A DNA stretch of 64,000 bases from a bacterium UBP11_UBA4055 (GTDB lineage Bacteria > UBA4055). Every line of letters starts with the position of its first letter. The first letter of the stretch is position 1. Of this stretch, positions 49,288-59,488 are shown piece by piece. The position numbers were made by a program, and so were the translations under genes. A model generated the notes under the pieces. That model searched no databases. It had not been told where the DNA came from and saw nothing but the letters and a program-made list of their open reading frames with translations. The stretch lies in NCBI GenBank assembly GCA_002382735.1, contig DFZN01000059.1, positions 1-64,000 of the forward strand, read 5' to 3'.

Positions 49288-50171
49288 TTTTTCGTTTTCC
49301 TCTTTTTGAAAAATGCCACGAGCGGGTGAATGTAGGGTTTATTGATCTCCATGCTGATGCTTTCGACCTTATTCTTCCTGAACAGCTTCGACTTGAGCGC
49401 AGTTTTTTTATCTATATTGGCTTTAATTATCCCGCGGTTGGCTTTACTGCTCAGATCGACCAGCATAGTTTTGCCTGTTTCGTTGTCGAAGAACTCGTAC
49501 AGTCCTTTTTCGGGAAGTTCGCGCTCTCTTTTATCGTAAAGGTCTATAGCTATAAGATCGTGCTTTTTTGAAACTATCTGCATGCCCTTTTCGTAGCCGT
49601 CGTCCATAAAGTCGGATATCAAAAAAGAAATGGCTTTTTTCTTCTGTACATTGTTCAGATATTCGAGCGCGGTCTCGATTGAAGTGCCTGTAGAGGAAGC
49701 TTTGAAGAACAAAAGTTCCCTGATTATCCTGAACACATGACTTCTGCCTTTTTTGGGAGGTATGAACTTTTCTATCTTGTCGGAGAACAGGATCAGCCCG
49801 ACCTTATCGTTGTTCTTGACGGCCGAGAATGCGAGAAGGGCCGCGATCTCCGCAGCGATCTCTCTTTTGAAACTCTCTTCCGAGCCGAAACTGCCGCTCG
49901 CGGATATATCGACGACAAGCATGAGTATAAGCTCGCGCTCCTCTTCAAAAACCTTCACGAAAGGCTTTCTCATCCTCGCCGTCACATTCCAGTCAATAGA
50001 CCTTATGTCGTCTCCGTATGAATACTCCCGCACCTGCGAGAAATTCATCCCGCGTCCCTTGAATACGGAATGGTACTCTCCGCCGAAGAGCTCGTTGACA
50101 GCCTTACGGGTCTTGAGGTCGATGAACCTGACCTTTTTTAGTATTTCCTTCTGCTTTTCTCTTTCTTCCAT
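49284..50171 (-). CDS. DUF58-domain protein (MoxR partner)
   Basis: VREYSYGDDIRSIDW is the conserved DUF58 motif. A VWA-like fold follows. Confidence 0.8.
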   Translation of the reverse strand: MEEREKQKEILKKVRFIDLKTRKAVNELFGGEYHSVFKGRGMNFSQVREYSYGDDIRSIDWNVTARMRKPFVKVFEEERELILMLVVDISASGSFGSEESFKREIAAEIAALLAFSAVKNNDKVGLILFSDKIEKFIPPKKGRSHVFRIIRELLFFKASSTGTSIETALEYLNNVQKKKAISFLISDFMDDGYEKGMQIVSKKHDLIAIDLYDKRERELPEKGLYEFFDNETGKTMLVDLSSKANRGIIKANIDKKTALKSKLFRKNKVESISMEINKPYIHPLVAFFKKRKTKK

Positions 50172-50177
50172 AGCTGT

Positions 50178-51167
50178 TTACGGTATTTCGACAGTATCGA
50201 ATATTTTTTTAACGATATCTTCCGAAGTGATCTCTTCCGCTTCGGCTTCGTAAGTCACGCCTATCCTGTGGCGGAGAACATCCATTCCGATAGATCTGAC
50301 ATCCTCCGGAGTCACGAAACCTCTGCGCTTCATGAAAGCCTGAGCCTTGGCCGCCATCACGAGGTAGATCGATGCCCTCGGCGAAGCAGCGTATCCGATG
50401 AGCGAAGCAACATCCTTGAGCCCGTATTTCTCCGGCGTCCTTGTCGCGTTGACTATATCTATGATGTACTTTTCGACTTTCTCGTCAATGTATATCTCTT
50501 TTACGATCTCCCTTACCCTCCTGATCTCTTCCGGAGAAATTACAGGCTTGATATCCGCCTTTTTCTGAGCGGTCACCCTTCTCATGATCTCAAGCTCTTC
50601 CGCCGGAGTGGGATAAGTGATCTTCAACTTGAGCATGAACCTGTCCACCTGAGCTTCGGGCAGCGGATAAGTTCCCTCCTGCTCGATCGGGTTCTGCGTT
50701 GCGAGCACGAGGAACGGTTCTTCGAGATAAAAAGTGTTCTCGCCGATAGTAACATGCTTTTCCTGCATAGCCTCGAGCAGCGCTGACTGCACCTTTGCCG
50801 GCGACCTGTTGATCTCGTCCGCAAGAATTATATTGGCAAATATCGGCCCCTTTTTAGTCTCGAAATTATTCGTGTTCTGATTGTATATCATCGTACCGAT
50901 AAGGTCGGCGGGAAGAAGGTCGGGCGTGAACTGGATCCTCTGATACTTCACATCCACAGCCTTCGCGAGAGTTTTTACCGTTTCGGTCTTTGCAAGCCCG
51001 GGAACACCTTCGAGAAGCACATGCCCGCCCGTAAAAAGACTCGTCAACAGCCTGTCCACCATATATTTCTGACCCACGATCACCTTGCCGATCTCCATCG
51101 ACAGAATATCAAGGAATTTGCTTTCCCTTTCGACTTTCTCCGTTATTTCCCTGATGTCCGAATTCAT
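50178..51167 (-). CDS. MoxR-family AAA+ ATPase
   Basis: GHVLLEGVPGLAKT Walker A, ILADEINR Walker B, plus the conserved MoxR C-terminal region. Confidence 0.9.
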   Translation of the reverse strand: MNSDIREITEKVERESKFLDILSMEIGKVIVGQKYMVDRLLTSLFTGGHVLLEGVPGLAKTETVKTLAKAVDVKYQRIQFTPDLLPADLIGTMIYNQNTNNFETKKGPIFANIILADEINRSPAKVQSALLEAMQEKHVTIGENTFYLEEPFLVLATQNPIEQEGTYPLPEAQVDRFMLKLKITYPTPAEELEIMRRVTAQKKADIKPVISPEEIRRVREIVKEIYIDEKVEKYIIDIVNATRTPEKYGLKDVASLIGYAASPRASIYLVMAAKAQAFMKRRGFVTPEDVRSIGMDVLRHRIGVTYEAEAEEITSEDIVKKIFDTVEIP

Positions 51168-51223
51168 AGCCGCTCCTTTATGCTTAAATTTAAATATTTT
51201 TCGTGACTTATACTATGCCTGAG

Positions 51224-51514
51224 TCAATTTGTTCTGTAAGAACATGGAGAAAATTTACTATACATAATTACCGGTAATTTTTCCGACCTGACCCGCAAGA
51301 TAGTATGGAATATTAAGCAGCCTGACCTTTCTTCCGACGCTTCAAGAAACTCGGAAAAACTGATATCTTCTTTCTCCAGTGCTATCTCAAGGAGTGAACC
51401 TGCACCGACAACAAAAATATCCGGATGCTTTTCATAAAAACACCTCAGCATCTTAACTGCCTGCGACGAATTCTGTATCTCGTCAATACCGTATTCTTTT
51501 TTAAATACCTGCAT
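51224..51514 (-). pseudogene. Remnant of a COG1373/DUF4143-type AAA ATPase gene
   Basis: A 96-aa ORF retains GIDEIQ (Walker B) and FVVGAGSLLEIALEKEDISFSEF, which resembles xITGSSS...LSFREF. The N-terminal P-loop and the whole C-terminal domain are missing. A hairpin follows at about 51530-51550. Confidence 0.35.
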
Positions 51515-51648
51515 ATCCGAATGAACAACCCCGAGGCAAGCCTCGAGGAATTCTTTTGATTAAAACAGAGGGACATTACAGTTTATGATCTATTGATTTA
51601 ATCCTGACATTATCTTATATTTACATCCGAAAATTTCCTGGGAGAAAA

Positions 51649-53175
51649 ATGGCAAACTCAAAGATCATCGGCTTCGACAACGAAAAATACCTGAAAGAAC
51701 AGACTTCCGCTATTCTTGAGAGAGTGGGCAGGTTCAACGATAAACTGTACCTGGAGTTCGGCGGCAAGATCCTCTACGACTATCACGCGGCCAGAGTGCT
51801 TCCCGGCTTCGATCCGAATGTAAAAATGAGACTGCTGCAGCTTTTAAAGGATAAAATAGATGTAATCCTCTGCATCCATGCGGGCGACATTGAAAGGAAC
51901 AAGATCAGGGCTGACTTCGGCATTACCTACGATGTGGACGCCGTCAAAACGATCGACGATTTCAGGGACTGGGGAATAAACATCACCGCAGTAGTGATCA
52001 CCCGCTACACGAACCAGCCTTCAGCCAATGCCTTCAAGAACAAACTTGAGCGAAGAGGCGTAAAAGTCTATCTCCACAAGCCCACAAAAGGCTACCCCAC
52101 CGATGTCGATCTGATAGTTAGCGACGAAGGATACGGTCAGAACGAGCACATCATCACCACCAAACCGATCGTAATAGTAACAGGACCCGGACCCGGCAGC
52201 GGAAAGCTCGGAACATGCCTGTCCAACCTGTATCACGAATATAAAAAAGGCATCAAGGCGGGCTATGCGAAATTCGAGACATTCCCGATATGGGACATTC
52301 CGCTGGATCATATGGTCAATATAGCTTATGAAGCCGCGACCGCCGACCTGAGAGACGAGAACCTGATCGACACGCACCATCTGAAAGCGTACGGCGTTGA
52401 GGTTGTGAATTACAACCGCGACATCGAAGCTTTCCATCTTCTCAAGAGGATACTTGAGAAGATTACCGGCGGCGAGTCGATGTACAGATCGCCGACGGAC
52501 ATGGGCGTGAACAGAGCCAGCGCGGGCATAGTTGACGACGCGGTCATAACCGAAGCAGCGCGCCAGGAGATCGTCCGCAGGCACTTCAGATGCGCGGTCG
52601 AATACGCCATGGGCCTGACCGACAAAGGAACTTTAGACCACGCATACAAGATCATGGATAAGGTAGGCGCGAAACCTGAGGACAGGAAGGTCGTGATGCC
52701 CGCGAGACAGGCCGCCGGAGAGGCCGAAGAAAGCGGTAAAGGCAACGAAGGCGCTTTCTGCGGCGCGGCGATAGAGCTCCAAGACGGCACGATCATCACG
52801 GGGAAGAATTCCCCGCTGCTTCACTCGTCATCCAGCCTGATACTCAACGCTACGAAACATCTTGCCGGTCTGCCGGACAACATGTTCCTGCTGCCGCAGA
52901 GCATAATCGACTCTGTGACACATTTGAAGAAAAATATTCTTAACGGTAAAATGGCGAGTCTGGATGTCGAGGAAACACTGATAGTCCTGTCCGTCAGCGC
53001 CCTGTTCAATCCCGCGGCTCAGATGTCGATTGAAAAGCTCAAAGAACTTCATGACTGCGAAGTTCATCTGACCCACATACCCACACCGGGAGACGAAGCG
53101 GGATGGAGAAAGCTTGAGGTCAATCTGACCTGCGATCCTGAATATTCCGGAAAAACTCTTTTTATCGGAAGGTGA
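51649..53175 (+). CDS. DUF1846/UPF0371-family protein
   Basis: N-terminal IGFDNEKYLKEQTSAILERV...KLYLEFGGKILYDYHAARV matches the UPF0371 family hallmark. 508 aa. Confidence 0.7.
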   Translation: MANSKIIGFDNEKYLKEQTSAILERVGRFNDKLYLEFGGKILYDYHAARVLPGFDPNVKMRLLQLLKDKIDVILCIHAGDIERNKIRADFGITYDVDAVKTIDDFRDWGINITAVVITRYTNQPSANAFKNKLERRGVKVYLHKPTKGYPTDVDLIVSDEGYGQNEHIITTKPIVIVTGPGPGSGKLGTCLSNLYHEYKKGIKAGYAKFETFPIWDIPLDHMVNIAYEAATADLRDENLIDTHHLKAYGVEVVNYNRDIEAFHLLKRILEKITGGESMYRSPTDMGVNRASAGIVDDAVITEAARQEIVRRHFRCAVEYAMGLTDKGTLDHAYKIMDKVGAKPEDRKVVMPARQAAGEAEESGKGNEGAFCGAAIELQDGTIITGKNSPLLHSSSSLILNATKHLAGLPDNMFLLPQSIIDSVTHLKKNILNGKMASLDVEETLIVLSVSALFNPAAQMSIEKLKELHDCEVHLTHIPTPGDEAGWRKLEVNLTCDPEYSGKTLFIGR

Positions 53176-53179
53176 TGAC

Positions 53180-54379
53180 TTATTTCACAGGGAATATATT
53201 GATCCGCTCTCCCCTGTTATCATAGTCGAATTCCTTCCCGTAAACCTTTTCCTCAAGCTGATCGCCGATGGAATTTATATAATCGTCAATAGAATTCGTG
53301 ATCCAAATCTGATATTCCTCGTAAGTGACCTTCCTGACTTCTTTCGCGCCTGAAGAAACCACATCGAGAAGTATCTGTTTGTATTCCCTTCCCTGAGGCA
53401 GATCGGAGAACATCAGAATGTACTCCTTACCCTTATCGAGCTGCTCTTTCCAGTAGCCCTTCACCTGATTCATAATTAGCGGCATCAGTTTTTTGATAGC
53501 CTGGTCGATGTTGGCGTCATAGGCAGTATTATTTCCCCATATCTCATCCGAATATCCGTTCTGAACACCCAGCAGTTTAGCAGTCGAAGCATTGAATATC
53601 TTAGCCGTCGCCTTTGCCTTCTTCTTACCGTTTCCGAGGTCTTCAAGTATTATCGCGACAGTAACATAAATATCTGCCTTCAACTTCTTAGCCAGTATCT
53701 CGGCCATATCGACATCCTCACCCGGAGCGATCTGTTTCATGCTCATATCATCCTCTATCATCGCGTTCAGCTGGTCGAGATCATAGACATCGTAACGATT
53801 GACCGTAAAATACTGATTGATGTTGTTGATAGCCTGTTCTGTGTATCTCTGATCATACTGCACTCCCATTGGAGCATAGAAGACCACCATCGAAGGGTTC
53901 CCGAGCTGTGAAAGAAGGATGCCCAGAGCCTCAAGGTCATTCAGCACAATGTCCTTTGTCACAGCCGCCATGATGGTCACCGCCCAGCTTCCGTCGGCCT
54001 CTCTCGCCTGATTTAGTATGGAATAAGATTTAACAAAACCCTCGCTCTTTGCCAGAACCTGATCCTTTACTGTCATATAGTTCTGCATTTCCTGTTCGGA
54101 TACCAGATATGTACCGATGGCGGTCGAAATCGCATTCCTCTGGGCATCCCTTATTGCGGCGTCCCTGTCCGCTCCGATCCCCTGAGCCTCGACTTCGGTA
54201 ATGTTATGGTCGTTCGAAAACTGGCTGATCTTATTTCCCGCAGGGAGTTTAGGATCAGCTGTTTTTTCAGTAACAGCAGACTGATCATTTTCATTCCCAA
54301 AAGGTGTTACATACTTTACGGAAACACATGATGATAAAAACAGCATAAGCGTAATAATTACAGATAACCTGATCTTCAT
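53180..54379 (-). CDS. Lipoprotein with an LPP20/FlgP-like N-domain plus a conserved roughly 250-aa C-domain (paralog 1)
   Basis: Lipobox FLSSCVSV. The segment EAQGIGADRDAAIRDAQRNAISTAIGTYLVSEQ... matches the LPP20 pattern. Across the core it is about 85% identical to 54481..55593. Confidence 0.5.
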   Translation of the reverse strand: MKIRLSVIITLMLFLSSCVSVKYVTPFGNENDQSAVTEKTADPKLPAGNKISQFSNDHNITEVEAQGIGADRDAAIRDAQRNAISTAIGTYLVSEQEMQNYMTVKDQVLAKSEGFVKSYSILNQAREADGSWAVTIMAAVTKDIVLNDLEALGILLSQLGNPSMVVFYAPMGVQYDQRYTEQAINNINQYFTVNRYDVYDLDQLNAMIEDDMSMKQIAPGEDVDMAEILAKKLKADIYVTVAIILEDLGNGKKKAKATAKIFNASTAKLLGVQNGYSDEIWGNNTAYDANIDQAIKKLMPLIMNQVKGYWKEQLDKGKEYILMFSDLPQGREYKQILLDVVSSGAKEVRKVTYEEYQIWITNSIDDYINSIGDQLEEKVYGKEFDYDNRGERINIFPVK

Positions 54380-54442
54380 GATACTCTCCTGTTTAGTTCA
54401 CCGATGCAATATGCTAAATAATTTCTAAATTTTCAACTAAAT

Positions 54443-54470
54443 AAAAAAAGGGCGGTTCAATTCCGCCCTT
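54443..54470 (-). terminator. Bidirectional rho-independent terminator between the two lipoprotein paralogs
   Basis: GGGCGG-UUCAAUU-CCGCCC stem flanked by an A-run and a T-run. Confidence 0.65.
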
Positions 54471-54480
54471 AAATGTATGT

Positions 54481-55593
54481 CTATTTGACAGGGAATATGT
54501 CTATACGGTCTCCCCTGTTCTTGTAGTCGAAATCGCTTCCGTAAATTTCCTCGATCGCATCGCCTATCGAATCTATGTATGTATCTATATCGGAATTTAC
54601 CCAGACCTGATATTCGCTTCCGGCGGTGACTACTTTCACTTCCTTGGCTCCGTTCTGAAGCGCAGCGAGCACCGCGCTCTTTACTTTTCTTCCCTCAGGG
54701 AGTTTGCTGAAAAGTATCACATACTGCTTTCCCTTGTCGAGCTGCTCTTTCCAGTAGCCCTTGACCTGGTTCATAATGAGCGGCATAAGCTTCTTACATG
54801 CCTGATCGATGTTGGCGTCATAAGCGGTAACATTTCCGAATATCTCGTCGGAATATCCATTCTGTACACCGAGAAGTTTGGCCGTTGACGCGTTGAATAT
54901 CTTAGCTGTGGCTTTTGCCTTCTTCTTGCCGTTACCCAGATCTTCAAGTATCAGCGAAACAGTAACATAAATGTCGGACTTCAACTTCTTGGCCAGTATC
55001 TGGGCCATGTCAACATCCTCGCCGATAGAGATCTGCTTCATGCTCATATCGTCCTCAATCATCGCGTTAAGCTGGTCAAGGTCATACACATCGTACCTGT
55101 TCGTTGTAAAATACTGGTTTATCATATTAATTCCCTGCTCAGTGAACCTCTGGTCGTACGGTTCGCCTTTAGGCGCGTAGAAAACGACTATTGAAGGATT
55201 GTCGAGCTGTGACAAAAGTATCCCGAGAGCTTCAAGATCGTTCATGATGATATCCTTTGTGACTGCCGCTTTTATAGTCACTGTCCAGGCACCGTCAGGT
55301 CCTTTGGACTTATCTAACAGTTCATACGACTTTACGAACCCTTCGCTCTTGGCCAGAACCTGATCCTTAACGGTCATATAGTTCTGCATTTCCTGTTCGG
55401 ACACAAGGTATGTTCCTATGGCTGTTTCGATCGCGTTCCTTTTTGCGACATTTATCGCCGCCTGCATGTTCATTCCCGTACCTTGAACTTCTACTTCGGT
55501 AATGTTATGGTCGTGCATATACTCGCTTGCCTGTGCAAATATCATCGGGCATACAGCTATCAGTATCCCTAACAATACAGTTCTGAATTTCAT
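54481..55593 (-). CDS. LPP20/FlgP-like secreted protein (paralog 2)
   Basis: Signal peptide with no lipobox Cys directly before the mature region (MIFAQAS). Core nearly identical to paralog 1. Confidence 0.5.
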   Translation of the reverse strand: MKFRTVLLGILIAVCPMIFAQASEYMHDHNITEVEVQGTGMNMQAAINVAKRNAIETAIGTYLVSEQEMQNYMTVKDQVLAKSEGFVKSYELLDKSKGPDGAWTVTIKAAVTKDIIMNDLEALGILLSQLDNPSIVVFYAPKGEPYDQRFTEQGINMINQYFTTNRYDVYDLDQLNAMIEDDMSMKQISIGEDVDMAQILAKKLKSDIYVTVSLILEDLGNGKKKAKATAKIFNASTAKLLGVQNGYSDEIFGNVTAYDANIDQACKKLMPLIMNQVKGYWKEQLDKGKQYVILFSKLPEGRKVKSAVLAALQNGAKEVKVVTAGSEYQVWVNSDIDTYIDSIGDAIEEIYGSDFDYKNRGDRIDIFPVK

Positions 55594-55616
55594 ATCAACT
55601 CCGCTTTTGTTTTAAA

Positions 55617-56351
55617 TTATAATCTCACGCCCAGACCGATCTTGACAGAAAGTCCTCCGGGCACAAGATATTCGTTCTTTTCCACATCTTCTATCGGAAA
55701 ATTCGGGAAAATGTTCTCGCTGTCGGCAGTAGTAAAGACCTTTTCACCGTCTTCGTTCATCAAAGCTCCCGCTGCTGTGTATGAAAGCTGCAGATCGAAG
55801 AACCAGACTTTGTCTATCATGTAATTGATGCCGAACAAACCTTTAAAATTTCGTGAATAAAGTTTATAAGTCTCGTCATACGAATCGCTTGTTTTATCGA
55901 GGCTCATAGATTCGTGAAGATATGCGCCTCCGAAATAGATACCGAAACCGTCGAAATAGAACTTTTTGACAAGCCCGTACTCAAAGAAAAAGGTGGTATG
56001 CGAATGCTCGAAGAACATAGTTTTACCTTCTGAATCAAGCATGCTGCTTCCGTCATCGTTATATCTTCCGATCTTGCCGATCTGAGTTATAGGGTAATCT
56101 GAACCGATATAAACGCATGTATAGGGAAATCCGACGAACTGACCCAGATCGTACTCGATCCTCATTCCGATCAGACCTGCGCCCGGGATGTCGTCAAGAT
56201 TATCCTCAACATCAGGATAGTTCTCCCAGCTCTTCATCATATTGAATCCGCCCCCGAACACAATGTTGAGACCGATTTTATTATTTTCCTTTTCATCCTG
56301 GGCGAACAAGGCTAATGTGAACGACAGGACAATGATTAGTAATTTCTTCAT
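55617..56351 (-). CDS. Outer-membrane beta-barrel-like protein (244 aa), 'LMNEDG' family
   Basis: Signal peptide. Homologous to the C-terminal domain of 56372..57916 (ALMNEDGEKVF vs ELMNEDGNEVF). Ends ...IGLGVRL. Confidence 0.5.
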   Translation of the reverse strand: MKKLLIIVLSFTLALFAQDEKENNKIGLNIVFGGGFNMMKSWENYPDVEDNLDDIPGAGLIGMRIEYDLGQFVGFPYTCVYIGSDYPITQIGKIGRYNDDGSSMLDSEGKTMFFEHSHTTFFFEYGLVKKFYFDGFGIYFGGAYLHESMSLDKTSDSYDETYKLYSRNFKGLFGINYMIDKVWFFDLQLSYTAAGALMNEDGEKVFTTADSENIFPNFPIEDVEKNEYLVPGGLSVKIGLGVRL

Positions 56352-56371
56352 ACTTCAACTCTCCAAAATTA

Positions 56372-57916
56372 TTACAGGGTATAACCCAGTCCTACTTTGA
56401 CTACGAATCCGGAAGGTGTGAGCCAGCCTTCACCTTCCATATCTCCGGCTCCTTCAAATACTTCGTTTCCGTCTTCATTCATAAGTTCGCCGTAGAACCT
56501 GAAACCTGCTCCGGCATCAAAATAGAGATTCTTGCTGAGCAGATAGTTCATGCCGCCTTTAATTTTCCCGCCGACAGAATAAAAATCGCCATCCAGCTCA
56601 GGAAAAGTTTCACATGAGGAAGTTAAGGCCATATAACCGATATCCCCCCCTATATACCAGCCCAACTTCCTTGTAAAAAATTTCTTTGTTAAGCCTAATT
56701 CGATTATTGCCGTTGATGTTTCGAATTCCAAAATATCCGCGCCAAAAGTAACTTCCCCAGGTTGTGCCGCAAGTATATCTGCATTTACACTCAAATATAG
56801 TTCGGGAATATTTATAAATTTGGCAATGTCGTATTCAATACCAAGACCGAATGAACCACTTATATTCTCTTCAGTCAGTTCAGATTCGACATTGAGATCC
56901 GTATCCCCCCAGTACTTGAAGCTTGAGACTCCGCCGCCGACCATAATGTTCAGCCCCACCAGCGGATATTCATAAACCTGATCGTATTCGTTGAAAATAT
57001 CTTCCTCTTTCTCATTCTTAGGGTTAGTCACGATAAGAAGCTGAGACTCCGATTCGTTGTCTTTTATTTTCCTGACTTTCATAAATCCAGTCTCAACGAA
57101 CTTCTCTTTGCCTTTGTCGTCCTTCTGGAAATAGCCTACGGTATATGCGTCGTCCATGTTCACGCCCACATTTTTACCGAAATTGAACGATATTTTATCT
57201 ATTTTCGGCTCTGCTTTTGTTACAAGGGCTTTGATCGTGAAGGCATCGATCTTTCTTACTTCTTTTTCCAGGAACATAAGCATTCCGTTCGTCGATGATT
57301 TGACGGCTTCGGTTCTTTTGTCCTTCTTTTTTCCGCCGAGACCGATGTCGAACAGGTTACCCAGAGCGTTCGACCCGGTGGCTCTTACCGTATTTTCCAG
57401 CTTCGGCTGCCAGTCAGGCGCATCAGTAGTACCTTTGTTCTCGGCCGAGTAAATTTCAAGTATCACGCTCAAAGTACAGGTAAAATCGTCGCTGTCCTTT
57501 TTTTTCGTGACCACAAAAGTCTCAAGCGTCGGGAAGAATATGAACGCTCCGTTCAGTATCTTGTCGACATTCTCGCCTGTCACGAAATTCGTTCCGTAAT
57601 ATTCGTTCTTGATGTCCCACTGTTTTGCCGCTCTCTCCTCTATCTTGGTAGCAGTATATTCTTTTACGATCGCAAAAAGCTGAGCCGGATCTGTAACACC
57701 GGCGGGTATCGGATTGTAGTCGAACCTGCCCATCCCTGTGAACTTGTCGAATATCATCTTATAGACCAAATCAACATCCTGCTGCGAGGCCATAGCCGCC
57801 CCGGGCTGAATTACATCCAGTTTGAAAACGGAGATCGACTTCCTGTCGTATTCATCCATAGCCGCACTCAGACTGAAGACCGTTAAAGCCAAACACATTA
57901 TCACGAACTTCTTCAT
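56372..57916 (-). CDS. Secreted protein with an N-terminal periplasmic domain and a C-terminal beta-barrel-like domain (514 aa)
   Basis: Signal peptide MKKFVIMCLALTVFSLSAA. The C-terminal roughly 190 aa are paralogous to 55617..56351. Confidence 0.5.
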   Translation of the reverse strand: MKKFVIMCLALTVFSLSAAMDEYDRKSISVFKLDVIQPGAAMASQQDVDLVYKMIFDKFTGMGRFDYNPIPAGVTDPAQLFAIVKEYTATKIEERAAKQWDIKNEYYGTNFVTGENVDKILNGAFIFFPTLETFVVTKKKDSDDFTCTLSVILEIYSAENKGTTDAPDWQPKLENTVRATGSNALGNLFDIGLGGKKKDKRTEAVKSSTNGMLMFLEKEVRKIDAFTIKALVTKAEPKIDKISFNFGKNVGVNMDDAYTVGYFQKDDKGKEKFVETGFMKVRKIKDNESESQLLIVTNPKNEKEEDIFNEYDQVYEYPLVGLNIMVGGGVSSFKYWGDTDLNVESELTEENISGSFGLGIEYDIAKFINIPELYLSVNADILAAQPGEVTFGADILEFETSTAIIELGLTKKFFTRKLGWYIGGDIGYMALTSSCETFPELDGDFYSVGGKIKGGMNYLLSKNLYFDAGAGFRFYGELMNEDGNEVFEGAGDMEGEGWLTPSGFVVKVGLGYTL

Positions 57917-58004
57917 ACCCTACCCCCCCTTATATTATTTAATTCTGTCGAACCTAAAGGCCGAACAAATGCCAAAATAACTAAATTTTCACAACTTGGC
58001 AAGA

Positions 58005-59477
58005 TTAATAATTAATTCTGCGGTTGAATATGATCATGTCATGGCCGATAACCGGTTGAACATTATCCCTTTCAGCAACCATGCCGTAATAAGAATTTTC
58101 GCTGAATTTCTTAACTTCTCCCGCATTAGTTCCCAAAGCACCGTATGAAAGCCTGTAACTGTTGTTGAAAGTGTACTGAAAATCCTGGTAAAGACCCGCA
58201 TAATATATTCTCAGAGTATCCTTCATTCCCGGTTCTATATCTCTCGTTATTACTTTCGTGTATCGGTAATTCCTGCTTTTCATTGAGTAATAATTCTCCA
58301 GACTGCCGTATTCTTCGAACCGTCTTTTTGATCTCATTTCTATTTTAAATGTCCTCTTTTCTCCGGATGTGTTGTTGAGGATCATATATTTAACATAATC
58401 CCCACCGAAATATCGCGGTATAAGCTCCTCTAATTTTTCGTTGACCCCGATATAATCTGATGTAATATCTTCCCCGGTAGTCTTGTCAATAACGGAATAC
58501 AGCGGGGAATGCATGAGCTTTTTATAAATTATCGAATCGTTGAACAATATTAGAGTATCTCCTGAACACCCTGCAAAGTAATCTCTTTCCTGCAAGCCGT
58601 CGCTGAGGTCAAATCCCGCAAAATAATTCCTGGGTTTGATTCCGCAGAGGTTCAAAAGAGTCCTGGACATATCCGTCACTGCCACATTTAGGCAGTCGGT
58701 ATAAGGTTCGGTGTTAAATCCGCTGAATACCGTTAAAGTTTTTGACAGAGGAACTGTCTGAGATGTGGAGATCAGTACCGTTTTTAATTTTATACCTGAT
58801 CTTTCAGAAAGCCTTAAAGACAATCTTTCCATAAGGTCATTAATTCTTCTCAGATAGTACTTACCCGCACTTTTATCTGTCAGGTCGGCATAGTAAAGTA
58901 TATCATTCCCTATGTCCGCGGCAACTGATTTGTATAACGCTTCAATTCTCTTTTCATCCGAAAGCAATACTTCTGAGGTCATAAAATATTTACCGAAAAT
59001 TTTCTGTGAAAGAGTATCTTTAAAAAAGGCTCTTGTGATATATCCGGCATCTCTGAACTGTCCCGCAATCGAACTGTTCCTCATATCTTTGCTGATAAGC
59101 AATTTAAGATCCTTATACGGTCCTTTCTCACTATAGAGCTTATAAGGCGGCAGGCATTCAAAAAAACTTTTAAGCGAAACATTTCTTTCGGGCGAAAGGT
59201 TGTATGTTGAAGTATAGTTCTGTGAATTAGACAACATCCTGCTTAAAAAAGGCATTCCGGTGCTGTCCGATATCCCGATCATGCTCAGATCGGAGATGTC
59301 AAAGATCACAACCCTGTTCTTTTTCAGTATCTTAATGTCTGATGTTTTTTCTGAATATATGCCATCATCTGAAAATTCAAGAACAGGAGCTGCGTATTCA
59401 GATGCCGTCCTGTCTCTAAGGAACACATACAGAACGGAGAAGATCAGCGTAAAAACAAGTATAACAAAATATTTCAT
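58005..59477 (-). CDS. Membrane-anchored hypothetical protein (490 aa)
   Basis: Single N-terminal TM (FVILVFTLIFSVLYVFL). A weak resemblance to alkaline-phosphatase-superfamily N-termini (RVVIFDISDLSMIG), which is not conclusive. Confidence 0.4.
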   Translation of the reverse strand: MKYFVILVFTLIFSVLYVFLRDRTASEYAAPVLEFSDDGIYSEKTSDIKILKKNRVVIFDISDLSMIGISDSTGMPFLSRMLSNSQNYTSTYNLSPERNVSLKSFFECLPPYKLYSEKGPYKDLKLLISKDMRNSSIAGQFRDAGYITRAFFKDTLSQKIFGKYFMTSEVLLSDEKRIEALYKSVAADIGNDILYYADLTDKSAGKYYLRRINDLMERLSLRLSERSGIKLKTVLISTSQTVPLSKTLTVFSGFNTEPYTDCLNVAVTDMSRTLLNLCGIKPRNYFAGFDLSDGLQERDYFAGCSGDTLILFNDSIIYKKLMHSPLYSVIDKTTGEDITSDYIGVNEKLEELIPRYFGGDYVKYMILNNTSGEKRTFKIEMRSKRRFEEYGSLENYYSMKSRNYRYTKVITRDIEPGMKDTLRIYYAGLYQDFQYTFNNSYRLSYGALGTNAGEVKKFSENSYYGMVAERDNVQPVIGHDMIIFNRRINY

Positions 59478-59488
59478 CCGTCATTATC

